Virus record (IMG/VR): IMGVR_UViG_3300046314_000558 | Coordinates: 35,860-99,859 of that record | Length of the DNA: 64,000 nucleotides | DNA from: a virus | Direction: 5' to 3' (one strand) | Shown: positions 48,208-57,766 of the stretch, one piece after another | How positions within the stretch are numbered: the stretch's first letter is position 1 | Layout of the letters: each line of letters begins with the position of its first letter | Made by a program: the position numbers and the translations under genes | Notes under the pieces: generated by a model | Seen by the model: the letters and a program-made list of their open reading frames with translations, nothing else | What the model was told of the DNA's origin: nothing | Databases searched by the model: none

Positions 48208-51200
48208 TTATCTCCTAATTAATTGAGGCTGTAAACCAAAAGTGCCGCGAATAGCTTTTTGTGAAGCGCTACCATTTCTGGATATTTCGCTTGCTGTCAT
48301 ATCACCTATTACTACTTCAATCTTACGATTGCCTCGTGAATCGGTAGTTTCCTTGGTAGTGGCTTTTTCGCTTCCGTAATTATTAACAACTACATCAACA
48401 TTTCCTCCCCCACCACCTTCGGCGCGAACGCCCAAGGTTCCATTACCGTCACGCGTAAGTGGCATAATGGCTTCTGGGCCGGCTTCGCCCATTAGGCCTG
48501 TGCCTTTGGCAAACTTAAACATTGTTGGTGAGTCTACTATTGAGTTGGTAAACATGCCACCTTTGGCAAATGGTTCGATAGCATAATCAAAGGCATTACC
48601 TTTGGCATTAAAGAAGTTATCTAAATTAGCCCCAGGTATTGTTGGTGTTGACGCTCCACCACCAAATATACTAGTAACTGCGCTCATTAGTCCTGGTCTA
48701 AAAGCTGCGTACATAGCTGTTGCTTGTAGCTGCATTTCGTAACGAATTAGACCTTCAATCATACTACCTATTAGGTCGCCAAATGCCATTTTACCAGTTT
48801 TGGCAAAGTTAACCATTACATCACCCATTCCTTGAAAGGCTTTCTCAAATACTTCGCCATAAGCTAGTGCTCGTTGTGAATACTGTGAGTCTTCTAGAGA
48901 TAGATTTTTCTTGGCCTCTGTTACTTTACGAATACCTTCATATTCTACAACGTATCTTTCGGAAATAGCTGTCATTTCTGCAGTTATTTCTTCACGACGA
49001 GCATTTCCTTCACCACCTTTTGCAGTATTTAGATAGTCTTTACTTAATTTATTAATTGACTTTCTGTAATTAGCTTCTAAACTGGCTAATTTACCAGTCT
49101 CTTCCTGCTGTAGCTTAGTTAATTCAATACCAAGTTTTTTAGCTGCTAACTCATCTGGATTATAAGAGTTTCGCTTTTCTGCAAGTTGTAGTTCTAATTC
49201 TGCTACTTGCATGGAATCGCTTTGCAGTATTTTAATAGTTTCTAGTTTATTTATTTCTTCTTGTAGGGCCCTGTCTCTAGCATTAAATAAGTTATTACGT
49301 ACTTCTTGCTCTTCTTTTAGTGCGGTTGCTTTATCTTTATTTGTCTTGTTTTCAAAAGCACCCAGTACTTTAGTACTTTCCAAGATAGCATAGTTGTTTT
49401 GCAGTTCCTCGACGCCTTTTGTAACTCCGGCTGCTTTTAGTGCAAGAATTTGTAGATCAAATTGTTGTCTTTGTGCAGTAATTGAGTTAATTTCTTGGTC
49501 GTATTGAGCCTGAGCTTGTTGAGTCTCTAAAGATGCGCGTCTTGTGATCTGCTCATCTGTTAACTTACCGTTTTGCTGTTGTATTTGCTCTATTTGTTTT
49601 AGCTGACTATCAATTCCAATGTTTTGTAGTTTTAAGTTATCCTCTACTAAGCGATTATTTTCTTCAATAATCTTTGTTTCCATTTTTAGTATGTCTAACT
49701 TCTTACCAGTCTCAAGCTTACTGCGTTCGGCTTCAGTACCCATGAAAGCTTTTACACTTTCGCGCATTGTATTAATACGTGCAGCAGCTTCAGGAGAATC
49801 CTTGCCAAAAGTACTCATGGCATTGTTAAGATCGTCTAAGAAGTTTTTAGAGCTAGGTGCACCCTTTCCACCAGTAACATAACTTTGGAATTTTTGTGCA
49901 AGTGCAGCTTCGCTTTCAGCTGCTGCTATGTTAGGACCAGTACCTGCACGTCTGTCATTAGCATCCATATTGCCGAATGCTTCTCTTGCACTGGATAGAT
50001 TGAGTGCAGCTGTATTAGCTGTTGTAGCAGCAATCTGCATATGTTGGGCGCGCAACATACTTTCTTGCAACTTTAACATTGCCTCTTGATTTGCATACTC
50101 ACGCTGATTTAGCTGAGATTCTAGTCTGGCAATACCTGGAATACTACCCATCATGCCAAGAATACCTTTGGCTAAGTCAATTCTGGCCTTCTCAAAAGCT
50201 TCGTCTAGTGCACGAGACACTAACTGACTGCCTGTAATAAACGCATCCACAGCCAGTTCTTTGAACTTAGGGCTGTTCATTAACTCAGCAATTTTTGCAC
50301 GTTCTTCGGTGTCTTTTTTAGTTAATGCTGCAATTTGTGCTTGTTTGGCGTTGAGTTTATCAGTTGCTGCCTCTAGTGCATCTAACCCCATAGTATCGCC
50401 GCCCTGGGCAATTACCATTTCGCGATCAACACCACCATACATTTTATCAAGTTTTTGATATTCTAGCTCTAAAGCAATTACTTCTTGACGAGCAGTCTTT
50501 AATTGAATTGCAGTCTGTCCGTGCTTTTGATTTAAGCTGTCGATTTCTGGCTTTAAACGATTGATTTGCTGAACTAGTGCTGGATTAAAAACACCCAGTA
50601 CGGCGGTTTCTTCCAGCAACTTCTTCATGCTGGCAATACCAGCGACTGGATCGTCCAAAGCACCAACCATTTTAACAGAAGCTGCTGCCATATCATCACC
50701 AAGTTTTGTTAGTGGTGATTGGTCTAAAGCTGACTTTGTAAAATCAAGATACGTTATGTTTAGCTTCTTTAAACTCTCGTCAAACTCAACACTGCGACTA
50801 GCGACGTTGCTTTGAGCATTAGCTACTTTCTTTAGTTTTTCTTCAATAGCCTGAATCTTGTTAGCAGCTTCTGGACCACCTTTTTTAATTGCATCTAACC
50901 ACTGTATTTGGTTGTCACCGGCAGCACCTAATTCTGCAGTTACTGTTTTTAGTGCAGTTTCGCGAGCTATATCACTGTCAATAGCAGCAATTGTTTGTAC
51001 AATGTTTTTTACTGTTGCTTCGGCAAACTTACCAAGTTGTCCACGACCTATTAGTGAAGCTAGTTTATCAGTAAAGCGGTCCCAACCTGTTGTTGCTTTA
51101 TCAAGATCTTGAAACTTTTCACGTACAGCTGTTAGCCCGTCAACTAAACCTTGTAGTGCATTGGCTTGGGATAGTAGTCCCTGAGATTGAAATAATGCTT

Positions 51201-52980
51201 CTGGTTTTTGCTTACTTAAAAACGCCAAAGTGCGTTCATAAGTTTTAACCATTTCATTAGAGGTATCTACGGCATCAGAAAAAGCCTTAGCCTGTTCTGC
51301 ATTTTTTGTAAACCAACTGTCAATAAGCACTGCTATACCCGCAATAGCTCCAGCGAGCCCAATAACACCTTGCAGCGCACCAACAAATCCAGTAACAGCA
51401 GTCATTGCAATAGTTGCAGCACCTCTGACAGCTGTAAATCCTTTACGGATCGGACCCATATCAGATTCTTTTAGCGACTTTTTCATTTCACTAAAAGCTC
51501 CGGCTATACCAAGTGTACTTGTATCTGTTGATGATTGGCTTAAGATTTGCTTGCTTGCAGCAACATCTGCTGTGCGTTTTGCCATCATTTCGGCACGACC
51601 ACGAGCAGTCCATAAACTTTGCTGTTGATTTAGCTTGCGTGTTGTTTCCTCAACTACACGACCATAATCTTCTTCTGCTTTTTTACTTGCACTGATTGCT
51701 CTTGCTGCTTCATAGTATCTACCTGCAATGTCTAATTTACCCTGCTTTTCATAGCGAGCACCAACTTTGGTTAGGTAGTCTAGTTCTTCTTTGCTAACAT
51801 CTTGTGCAGCTTTTTGTAAGATTGCGTAACCTTTGGACTGCTTGCCAAAACTTGTACTACGTAATTCTTCGATTCTTTTTACAGCAGCATCAGCAGCAGC
51901 AACTTCTTTTTCTGCCGCGCTTTCTGCCATTTGCTTAACTTTAACAGCCTGTGACTCTTGTGCTTTCTTTGCTTCTGCGGCGCGATAGTCTGCGGCTTCT
52001 TTGGCTGCTTTAGCACTTGCCAATAAACCTTCACGATACTCAGTGATTGCTGGCAGCGCTTGTTTTACCAACATAGCTGATAGGTACGCTATACCGGCTG
52101 TTAGTGCTCCAGGACTTTGACTTAAACTATTTAGTACTGGCCCTAGGTACTTGTTAACAACTTCTAAGCCATTTTGTGCTAAGTCTTTTAAGCTAGCCAA
52201 TAGCTTGTCGTATGGGTTGGTTGGAATATTGATCGCATTAAACTTATCAGTACCTTCTTTTAGTACTGCGTTTGCAAAAGCTTGACGACGTTCAAAATCT
52301 GTTAGCGCACCTGCACTCTTACCAACACTACGAGCATACTCTTCTGTGGCTGGACCAATTTTAGTAAAAATACCTAGTTCGTCCAATAATTCTGGTTCTA
52401 GTTTAGTAATACCGCGAGTTAAACGGCTAACTGCATCAGCCATGTTTAAACCAAGGGCTTGTGAAGCATTTCTGGCCACACTCCCTAATTGCATTAACTG
52501 CTTAGAGCTCATACCAGCACTGGTTGCTTTGGCTGTAGCTTCCATTGCATCGCGCAGGCTCAAAGCTCCGCCACTAGCTGTGGCTAAGTTTTTTGCCAGT
52601 GTACCAAGACTTTGTCCGCTGGTTGCGCCTAGCTGATTTAGACCCTCTACCATGTTGGTAGTATTCATTGCTTCGCGTAAGGTATTAAATGCAGCACCAA
52701 CTGCAAATAAGTTAGCAGCAACTGTAGCATATAGTCGCACCAATCCACCTAAGCCTTGAGATTCTTTGGCAAAGTCACGAGCGCTTGCACCTGTACCGGC
52801 AGCACCTCTGGCTCTGCCGTAATCCTGACCACTGACCCCTTTATTACCTTCGGCCCTATAAGAACTCTTAGCCGCTTGGGTCATTTCTTTGTTCAATGTT
52901 TTTGCATCATCAATGCGCTTTTGCATTGAGTTGCTTTTATCACTGAACAACAGTTCATATTCTACTGTATTACCTGCCAT
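48208..52980 (-). CDS. tape measure protein
   Basis: ~1590 aa Ala-rich helical protein; GLGGLVRLYATVAAN, EPELLDELGI; C-terminal FAKGG...MGEAGPEAIMPL. Confidence 0.93.
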   Translation of the reverse strand: MAGNTVEYELLFSDKSNSMQKRIDDAKTLNKEMTQAAKSSYRAEGNKGVSGQDYGRARGAAGTGASARDFAKESQGLGGLVRLYATVAANLFAVGAAFNTLREAMNTTNMVEGLNQLGATSGQSLGTLAKNLATASGGALSLRDAMEATAKATSAGMSSKQLMQLGSVARNASQALGLNMADAVSRLTRGITKLEPELLDELGIFTKIGPATEEYARSVGKSAGALTDFERRQAFANAVLKEGTDKFNAINIPTNPYDKLLASLKDLAQNGLEVVNKYLGPVLNSLSQSPGALTAGIAYLSAMLVKQALPAITEYREGLLASAKAAKEAADYRAAEAKKAQESQAVKVKQMAESAAEKEVAAADAAVKRIEELRSTSFGKQSKGYAILQKAAQDVSKEELDYLTKVGARYEKQGKLDIAGRYYEAARAISASKKAEEDYGRVVEETTRKLNQQQSLWTARGRAEMMAKRTADVAASKQILSQSSTDTSTLGIAGAFSEMKKSLKESDMGPIRKGFTAVRGAATIAMTAVTGFVGALQGVIGLAGAIAGIAVLIDSWFTKNAEQAKAFSDAVDTSNEMVKTYERTLAFLSKQKPEALFQSQGLLSQANALQGLVDGLTAVREKFQDLDKATTGWDRFTDKLASLIGRGQLGKFAEATVKNIVQTIAAIDSDIARETALKTVTAELGAAGDNQIQWLDAIKKGGPEAANKIQAIEEKLKKVANAQSNVASRSVEFDESLKKLNITYLDFTKSALDQSPLTKLGDDMAAASVKMVGALDDPVAGIASMKKLLEETAVLGVFNPALVQQINRLKPEIDSLNQKHGQTAIQLKTARQEVIALELEYQKLDKMYGGVDREMVIAQGGDTMGLDALEAATDKLNAKQAQIAALTKKDTEERAKIAELMNSPKFKELAVDAFITGSQLVSRALDEAFEKARIDLAKGILGMMGSIPGIARLESQLNQREYANQEAMLKLQESMLRAQHMQIAATTANTAALNLSSAREAFGNMDANDRRAGTGPNIAAAESEAALAQKFQSYVTGGKGAPSSKNFLDDLNNAMSTFGKDSPEAAARINTMRESVKAFMGTEAERSKLETGKKLDILKMETKIIEENNRLVEDNLKLQNIGIDSQLKQIEQIQQQNGKLTDEQITRRASLETQQAQAQYDQEINSITAQRQQFDLQILALKAAGVTKGVEELQNNYAILESTKVLGAFENKTNKDKATALKEEQEVRNNLFNARDRALQEEINKLETIKILQSDSMQVAELELQLAEKRNSYNPDELAAKKLGIELTKLQQEETGKLASLEANYRKSINKLSKDYLNTAKGGEGNARREEITAEMTAISERYVVEYEGIRKVTEAKKNLSLEDSQYSQRALAYGEVFEKAFQGMGDVMVNFAKTGKMAFGDLIGSMIEGLIRYEMQLQATAMYAAFRPGLMSAVTSIFGGGASTPTIPGANLDNFFNAKGNAFDYAIEPFAKGGMFTNSIVDSPTMFKFAKGTGLMGEAGPEAIMPLTRDGNGTLGVRAEGGGGGNVDVVVNNYGSEKATTKETTDSRGNRKIEVVIGDMTASEISRNGSASQKAIRGTFGLQPQLIRR

Positions 52981-53025
52981 ATACTCTCCCGGCAATTAAC
53001 TTAATTTCACTAACTCTTGGCTACC

Positions 53026-53054
53026 ATTATATCATTATAGGGCCATCGTGTCAA
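53026..53054 (-). promoter_or_regulatory. consensus sigma70 promoter for the TMP/tail-tip operon
   Basis: TTGACA-17 bp-TATAAT on the - strand. Confidence 0.85.
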
Positions 53055-53074
53055 CCCAAAAATTTTTTAGTAAT

Positions 53075-53109
53075 AAAAAAACCCGCTAAAATTAATTGGC
53101 GGGTTTTTT
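53075..53109 (-). terminator. terminator after the tail assembly chaperones
   Basis: AAAAAACCCGC / GCGGGTTTTTT stem overlapping the stop codon. Confidence 0.75.
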
Positions 53110-53475
53110 GGTTTGCTTGCGCATTTCGTCAATCCGTACTGAATCGACCATGACTATTAACTCATAATAAGTCCTGTGGTCCTCAAAAGGAATTCCATAA
53201 GCACTAAAAAGATCGAACACTGTATCTAGTTTTTTACCTAAATAAGATCCAGCTACAAACTCCCAGTCATCACGTAAAGACTTGTATATACTAAGTGCTT
53301 CTTGTACTTCTAAGGGGAATTCATGTAATTCAATTGGTATTTCTTCCGGTACAGGATCATTTCCCATTTGCTCGCACAAATCGAAATACTGTTCCTTGGC
53401 CATACCAATTGCACTATTTTGCTGGTAGTTAATTAACTGTTGTCTTACAGTAATTAACTGTTCGTCGTAAAATTT
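53092..53475 (-). CDS. tail assembly chaperone, -1 frameshift extension (gpGT-like)
   Basis: ORF 53092..53403 stays open upstream to the slippery site at 53469-53475. Confidence 0.75.
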   Translation of the reverse strand, partial: KFYDEQLITVRQQLINYQQNSAIGMAKEQYFDLCEQMGNDPVPEEIPIELHEFPLEVQEALSIYKSLRDDWEFVAGSYLGKKLDTVFDLFSAYGIPFEDHRTYYELIVMVDSVRIDEMRKQTKKPAN

Positions 53476-53867
53476 GCTAAATCGTTTACCTGTTCACTGA
53501 TAAAGTTGTCAAACTGTGAACTATTCTTCATAAGCATCAAAGCATTTTCTTTGCTATACGCTAAGCAATCTTCTTGATCGAAATGTGATACATCAACTGG
53601 TACTAGTAAGTTTACATAACTAAACTTTAAACCACTCCAGCCTTTGATTGCTGCGTCAACGTATAGTTCCAAAAATAAGTCTTCATTAAACTCATCTTGG
53701 ACCTGACGGTTCTTAAAGGTATTTTTAGTAGATTTTTTACGTAGATTGATTAAGGTCTCGCGACTCATAAAACCAAGTTTAATAGTAAAATCAGGCATGC
53801 CTGGATATTCTACTTCTACTGTTTTTGAAGGTACTAATAACGACTTAAGGCTAATTTCTTGTGCCAT
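53454..53867 (-). CDS. tail assembly chaperone (gpG-like)
   Basis: Lies between the tail tube and TMP; AAIKGWSGL; ends in a slippery heptamer. Confidence 0.8.
   Translation of the reverse strand: MAQEISLKSLLVPSKTVEVEYPGMPDFTIKLGFMSRETLINLRKKSTKNTFKNRQVQDEFNEDLFLELYVDAAIKGWSGLKFSYVNLLVPVDVSHFDQEDCLAYSKENALMLMKNSSQFDNFISEQVNDLANFTTNS
53469..53475 (-). other. programmed -1 ribosomal frameshift site A AAT TTT
   Basis: X XXY YYZ heptamer; the -1 frame continues YDEQLITVRQQLINYQQNSAIGMAKEQ... Confidence 0.8.
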
Positions 53868-53896
53868 GTTATTCCTGTTGTATTTATATTGGATTT

Positions 53897-53928
53897 AAAA
53901 ATAGGTGCTGGAGATCAACCCAGCACCT
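53897..53928 (-). terminator. terminator after the tail tube gene
   Basis: AGGTGCTGG / CCAGCACCT stem with ATTTTT on the - strand. Confidence 0.8.
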
Positions 53929-53945
53929 GCTGTTAACGTTACAGC

Positions 53946-55115
53946 TTAAGCTGTTGCGTAGTAATTAACGGTAACTTCGTTAGCTTGGTCAATATCGAAT
54001 GCAGAACCTGCAAAGCCTTGGCCAGTAAACGTTAATGTTGTACTAATAACCTGTTCAGTGTTAACTGTTGGGATTTGCAACATAGCTGCCGGTAGTTTTA
54101 AGTCTACGCGTGTAGCATTTGCACCGCCACCCATTTGGATGTTGATTGCATAGCTAGGATTAATTTCTGTGGCTGCGCTGGCTAACAAGCCGTTTAACAG
54201 TCCACCTGTGTTATTTGCACCGCTACGTAGGTATGCAGTTAGTGTACCTGTAATACTACGAGTACCTGTAAAATACGTAATAGGTAAGTTAACAACGCCT
54301 AAGTTAGCTGGAGTCAAGTAAGTTAGGTTGTTGCTCATAGTGATTGATCCGCCAGTAATTGGCACAGAGAAATCACTTCCAACAAAGTCATTAATGTCAT
54401 TATTGACTTGTAGAGTACTTAACTTGTTTGTAATGTACTTTGCAGATGTATTTTTGGCTGTGGCTTCTTCAGCACCTGTAGCACCAACGTCAGCACCTGT
54501 AAATACAACTGGATTTGCTTGGTTAGCAGATAGGGCGATTTGACGAATCAAACTTCCTTTTCCTGCCCACTGAATTGATGCAATTGCGTCAATACCAAAG
54601 TCAATAGTAGCTGTGTCTAGCGCACAGTTATCTAGCGCATATGCTAGGTCGTCAAATACAACAATAATACCAAAAGCTTGTAGCTGGTGTTTGTTGGAGT
54701 TTGTTAAGCCTAGGATACCTGGGTTAGGGCTGTTGCCGTTAGTCCAAGCTGCACCTACTTCACCGATTTTTGCTGCACCACCAAACGCGTTCCATAACAA
54801 GCTTTCTTCACAAGTAATTGTGGTTGAGTTTAGGTATGGACGTAGATAAGTAGAGAATGAAAAATCTAGAGGTTCTAGAGCGGTGTTGAAACTACGCTGT
54901 CCACGAGCAGGTGTTTCACCAGCCTCGTTTAGTGTAACTGTGTCCACTGTTGTGTTTTGGCTGAAGCTCATGCCTTCTAGCACTTGGATTTCCCAGGTAT
55001 TAGTAGTTGCGAATGGTTGCGCTTCATCTTTATAAGCACCTGCACGAATGCGGCCTTGACTGTCTACGTTTGTAGTAAAGAACACTCTACTATTACGGAT
55101 TAAATTAACTGCCAT
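53946..55115 (-). CDS. major tail tube protein (T5 pb6-like)
   Basis: NLIRNSRVF, WEIQVLEGMSFSQ, TLNEAG..P.RG...FNTAL, FSFSTYLRP, GTRSITGTLTAYL. Confidence 0.88.
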   Translation of the reverse strand: MAVNLIRNSRVFFTTNVDSQGRIRAGAYKDEAQPFATTNTWEIQVLEGMSFSQNTTVDTVTLNEAGETPARGQRSFNTALEPLDFSFSTYLRPYLNSTTITCEESLLWNAFGGAAKIGEVGAAWTNGNSPNPGILGLTNSNKHQLQAFGIIVVFDDLAYALDNCALDTATIDFGIDAIASIQWAGKGSLIRQIALSANQANPVVFTGADVGATGAEEATAKNTSAKYITNKLSTLQVNNDINDFVGSDFSVPITGGSITMSNNLTYLTPANLGVVNLPITYFTGTRSITGTLTAYLRSGANNTGGLLNGLLASAATEINPSYAINIQMGGGANATRVDLKLPAAMLQIPTVNTEQVISTTLTFTGQGFAGSAFDIDQANEVTVNYYATA

Positions 55116-55186
55116 AGTTATTCCTTTTGTTGTTTGTAACTAAAAGCACTCAGACTAGACATTTATCTGTACTTTGTGCTTTTTAG

Positions 55187-55627
55187 TTAATCTCGTGCAT
55201 AACGCACCTGTAGGTTTATTTCTCCTACACCATAAGGCGTTAGTAACCCCTCATCTGTAGTAATAGACTGAACTAGTATTTCAGTCGTTTCCAAGTTATT
55301 TTCTTGGTCATAGATTAGAACACGATTTGCATCTATGCACTTCTCTAAATCTTCTAGTAGTAGCTCAATCTGATCTTGTGCAGTGTCTTCGCTTTTAACA
55401 TAACACTTTACACTAACCATTAAGTATCCCCAACTAAATCCGCTTGGGTGATACTCACGAGTTTCGTTGCCAGGGCTTAGGTAAACACAAGGAAAATCTT
55501 CGACTTCATCCCAAAATTTTAGTTTTGGAAAACTATTATTGGTTAAGTTGGTGTGGTAATCTGGTCTACCATCTAATTCTTTGAACTTTTCGGCCAAAGC
55601 CTTTAATATTTTTGTACGCTTGCTCAT
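55187..55627 (-). CDS. tail terminator protein (T5 p142-like)
   Basis: KFWDEVEDFP, ETREY, SITTDEGLL.PYGVGE. Confidence 0.8.
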   Translation of the reverse strand: MSKRTKILKALAEKFKELDGRPDYHTNLTNNSFPKLKFWDEVEDFPCVYLSPGNETREYHPSGFSWGYLMVSVKCYVKSEDTAQDQIELLLEDLEKCIDANRVLIYDQENNLETTEILVQSITTDEGLLTPYGVGEINLQVRYARD

Positions 55628-57120
55628 ATTAATACCGATCTCAATCTATTGGACACACTTTTTTGTGCAATTTCACGAATTGAGCTAGAAATCAGCAATT
55701 TAGGATCTCTACTTTTAGGAGTACCCTGTTTTCCGCCTAAGCTAAACGTGGCATACGGATATTTCATGTAATTATAAAACACAGAAAGCATTCCTGCTTT
55801 ACTTCTAGATACTCTTTCGATTGTTACGCTATCAGCTAATCTGCCTGATCGTAAGTTTAGAATATCTTTTCTACTACCATCACCCATATTATCTTTAACA
55901 GTTTTGTTAATCGCCGCTCTTAGTAAGTTTTCTAGGTTAGTTAAACTACTAACTGAAGATGTTACTGAGTTAAGCCTTAGTACTGCTGCGGAACTTGGTT
56001 TTACTTTTGGTAACTCAACTTTACTTCTTGTTCTAGTTACCTTGGTTTTTTGTACAATTGGTGTATTGCTAGTATAGTTTCCAGAAGACTTGCCTTCTAG
56101 CAAATGTGATTTAAGATTTTCGGATATGTACTGGCGTAAACTCTTTGAAGTTACTAAATCCAGTAGTAGACTAGCATTTTGTTTAAGTCTTGTTGTTAAG
56201 GCTTTGCCTATGCCAAAAGCTCTTTCTTTAGTAGCCTTTTGCAAGTTTTCTGCTTGCGATTCTAGTGAGCCTATCATAAGACCAGACTCAATAAGCATCT
56301 CTAAAACTAGCTTACTGTTAGCAAACTTCTTTCTAACAATAATTCGTGTTTCTGCTTGTCCGGTTTCTTTACTAAAACTTCGTACTAATCTGTCTGGTTT
56401 TGCGTCTTTTGGCCACTCCAGTAGTGCCTGTAGTAGTCTTGGACTTACTAAACCACGCTTTACTTCTGAAGATCCTATTTTGGAGCTAATAATATCTACT
56501 TCTACGTGACCTATGTTCTGTAATACGCCGAAGTTTTTAGCCAAATATGCTTTAATTAGGTTTCTAGGACTGTTGCCTAAATTATCGTCTATTAAATCAG
56601 AGAAAGCATCGTAGTTAAAATTACTCTTAACACGCTTACCAAAGTCACTTTGAATAGTAGTAAACTTAGGAGATATAATTAAAACACTTTTATTTTTCTT
56701 TGATAGCTCTTTTACTACCACAGTTCGTTTAAATAGAGCTTGAATAGTGCTTTTAATTGTACCGCTTTCACTAGCAATACTAGCATTTAGTGTGTCTAAC
56801 GTATTTGCTAAGTCGGTACTTGTAATATTTGGGAAGGTATCAATATACTCTGTAATTGTTTTCTGATAAGCCAAATCCAAATTGTCTATTATAAGATTTG
56901 GATTGTCTAAGTTCAAAAGCTGAGTCATGTCTTGAATAGCTTTTGATTCTGGTATTAAGATATTTTTACGTATATTGCCTATATCTAAGAATAGGGTAAA
57001 AGGTAATGTGCTATCTATATAGCTACGAAGATCATTGTCTTTTTTATTAATATATTGTTGAATATACGCGTGATCTTCTTTAGCTAATTTTTTGAACCAA
57101 TCAGCTGTATAAAATGCCAT
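55624..57120 (-). CDS. tail completion protein (T5 p143-like C-terminus, long N-terminal region)
   Basis: C-terminal LNLRSGRLADS, YMKYPYATF, RDPKLLISSSIREIA; synteny. Confidence 0.7.
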   Translation of the reverse strand: MAFYTADWFKKLAKEDHAYIQQYINKKDNDLRSYIDSTLPFTLFLDIGNIRKNILIPESKAIQDMTQLLNLDNPNLIIDNLDLAYQKTITEYIDTFPNITSTDLANTLDTLNASIASESGTIKSTIQALFKRTVVVKELSKKNKSVLIISPKFTTIQSDFGKRVKSNFNYDAFSDLIDDNLGNSPRNLIKAYLAKNFGVLQNIGHVEVDIISSKIGSSEVKRGLVSPRLLQALLEWPKDAKPDRLVRSFSKETGQAETRIIVRKKFANSKLVLEMLIESGLMIGSLESQAENLQKATKERAFGIGKALTTRLKQNASLLLDLVTSKSLRQYISENLKSHLLEGKSSGNYTSNTPIVQKTKVTRTRSKVELPKVKPSSAAVLRLNSVTSSVSSLTNLENLLRAAINKTVKDNMGDGSRKDILNLRSGRLADSVTIERVSRSKAGMLSVFYNYMKYPYATFSLGGKQGTPKSRDPKLLISSSIREIAQKSVSNRLRSVLI

Positions 57121-57689
57121 TATGTATAATCCGCTACGTAAAGATCTAAGACTCGTTTAATATGCGCAGGGAAGTTAGTATTCATTATATACTCAAGCTG
57201 AACACTACCGCCGCCGCCCGGAGACTTATTGTTGTGTATACTTGAATCGTTTCTACGATAGTAGGTAACTAAATCTAGTACAGCTAGTTTTAAGTCTGCA
57301 GGTACAATCTCGTATCCTGCAAAGTGCGTTACTTTGTAACCGTTAAGCAGTGGCTGAAATCCTCGTGGATCTATACAAACAACGTAATCGCCTGTTTGTA
57401 CCCAGTCTACAAATTTAGTTAGTTTTGTATACGTCTGACCATAATCTAAGCTACGCTGTACGGATACTACTTGTGTAACTGGTGTTTCTTTTAGCAGTAA
57501 GCTACCGAACCCACCATCAAATACTTCTGATTTTGCTTCGTCGAAATAGTCAACGAAAGTGCGGCGGCAATAAGACTTTACTAGCTCAGATACTTTTGGA
57601 ATTAAAAGATCTATTTCTGCATCTTGATTAACGGAGGTGATGCCAGCGTAGGTTTTATATTCCGCTTTTGTGATTAAATTTGCTCCCAT
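57120..57689 (-). CDS. head completion / head-tail adaptor (T5 p144-like)
   Basis: LITKAEYKTY, PADLKLAVLDLV.YY, FPAHIKRVLDLY. Confidence 0.82.
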   Translation of the reverse strand: MGANLITKAEYKTYAGITSVNQDAEIDLLIPKVSELVKSYCRRTFVDYFDEAKSEVFDGGFGSLLLKETPVTQVVSVQRSLDYGQTYTKLTKFVDWVQTGDYVVCIDPRGFQPLLNGYKVTHFAGYEIVPADLKLAVLDLVTYYRRNDSSIHNNKSPGGGGSVQLEYIMNTNFPAHIKRVLDLYVADYT

Positions 57690-57732
57690 TTAGCATACCT
57701 TTCTTGTTTTATAAGTGCACCACAGTACACTT

Positions 57733-57758
57733 ATAAAACAAGACCCCGAAGGGTCTTG
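57733..57758 (-). terminator. terminator after the capsid gene (UUCG loop)
   Basis: CAAGACCC-TTCG-GGGTCTTG-TTTTAT on the - strand. Confidence 0.8.
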
Positions 57759-57766
57759 CCAGGAGA

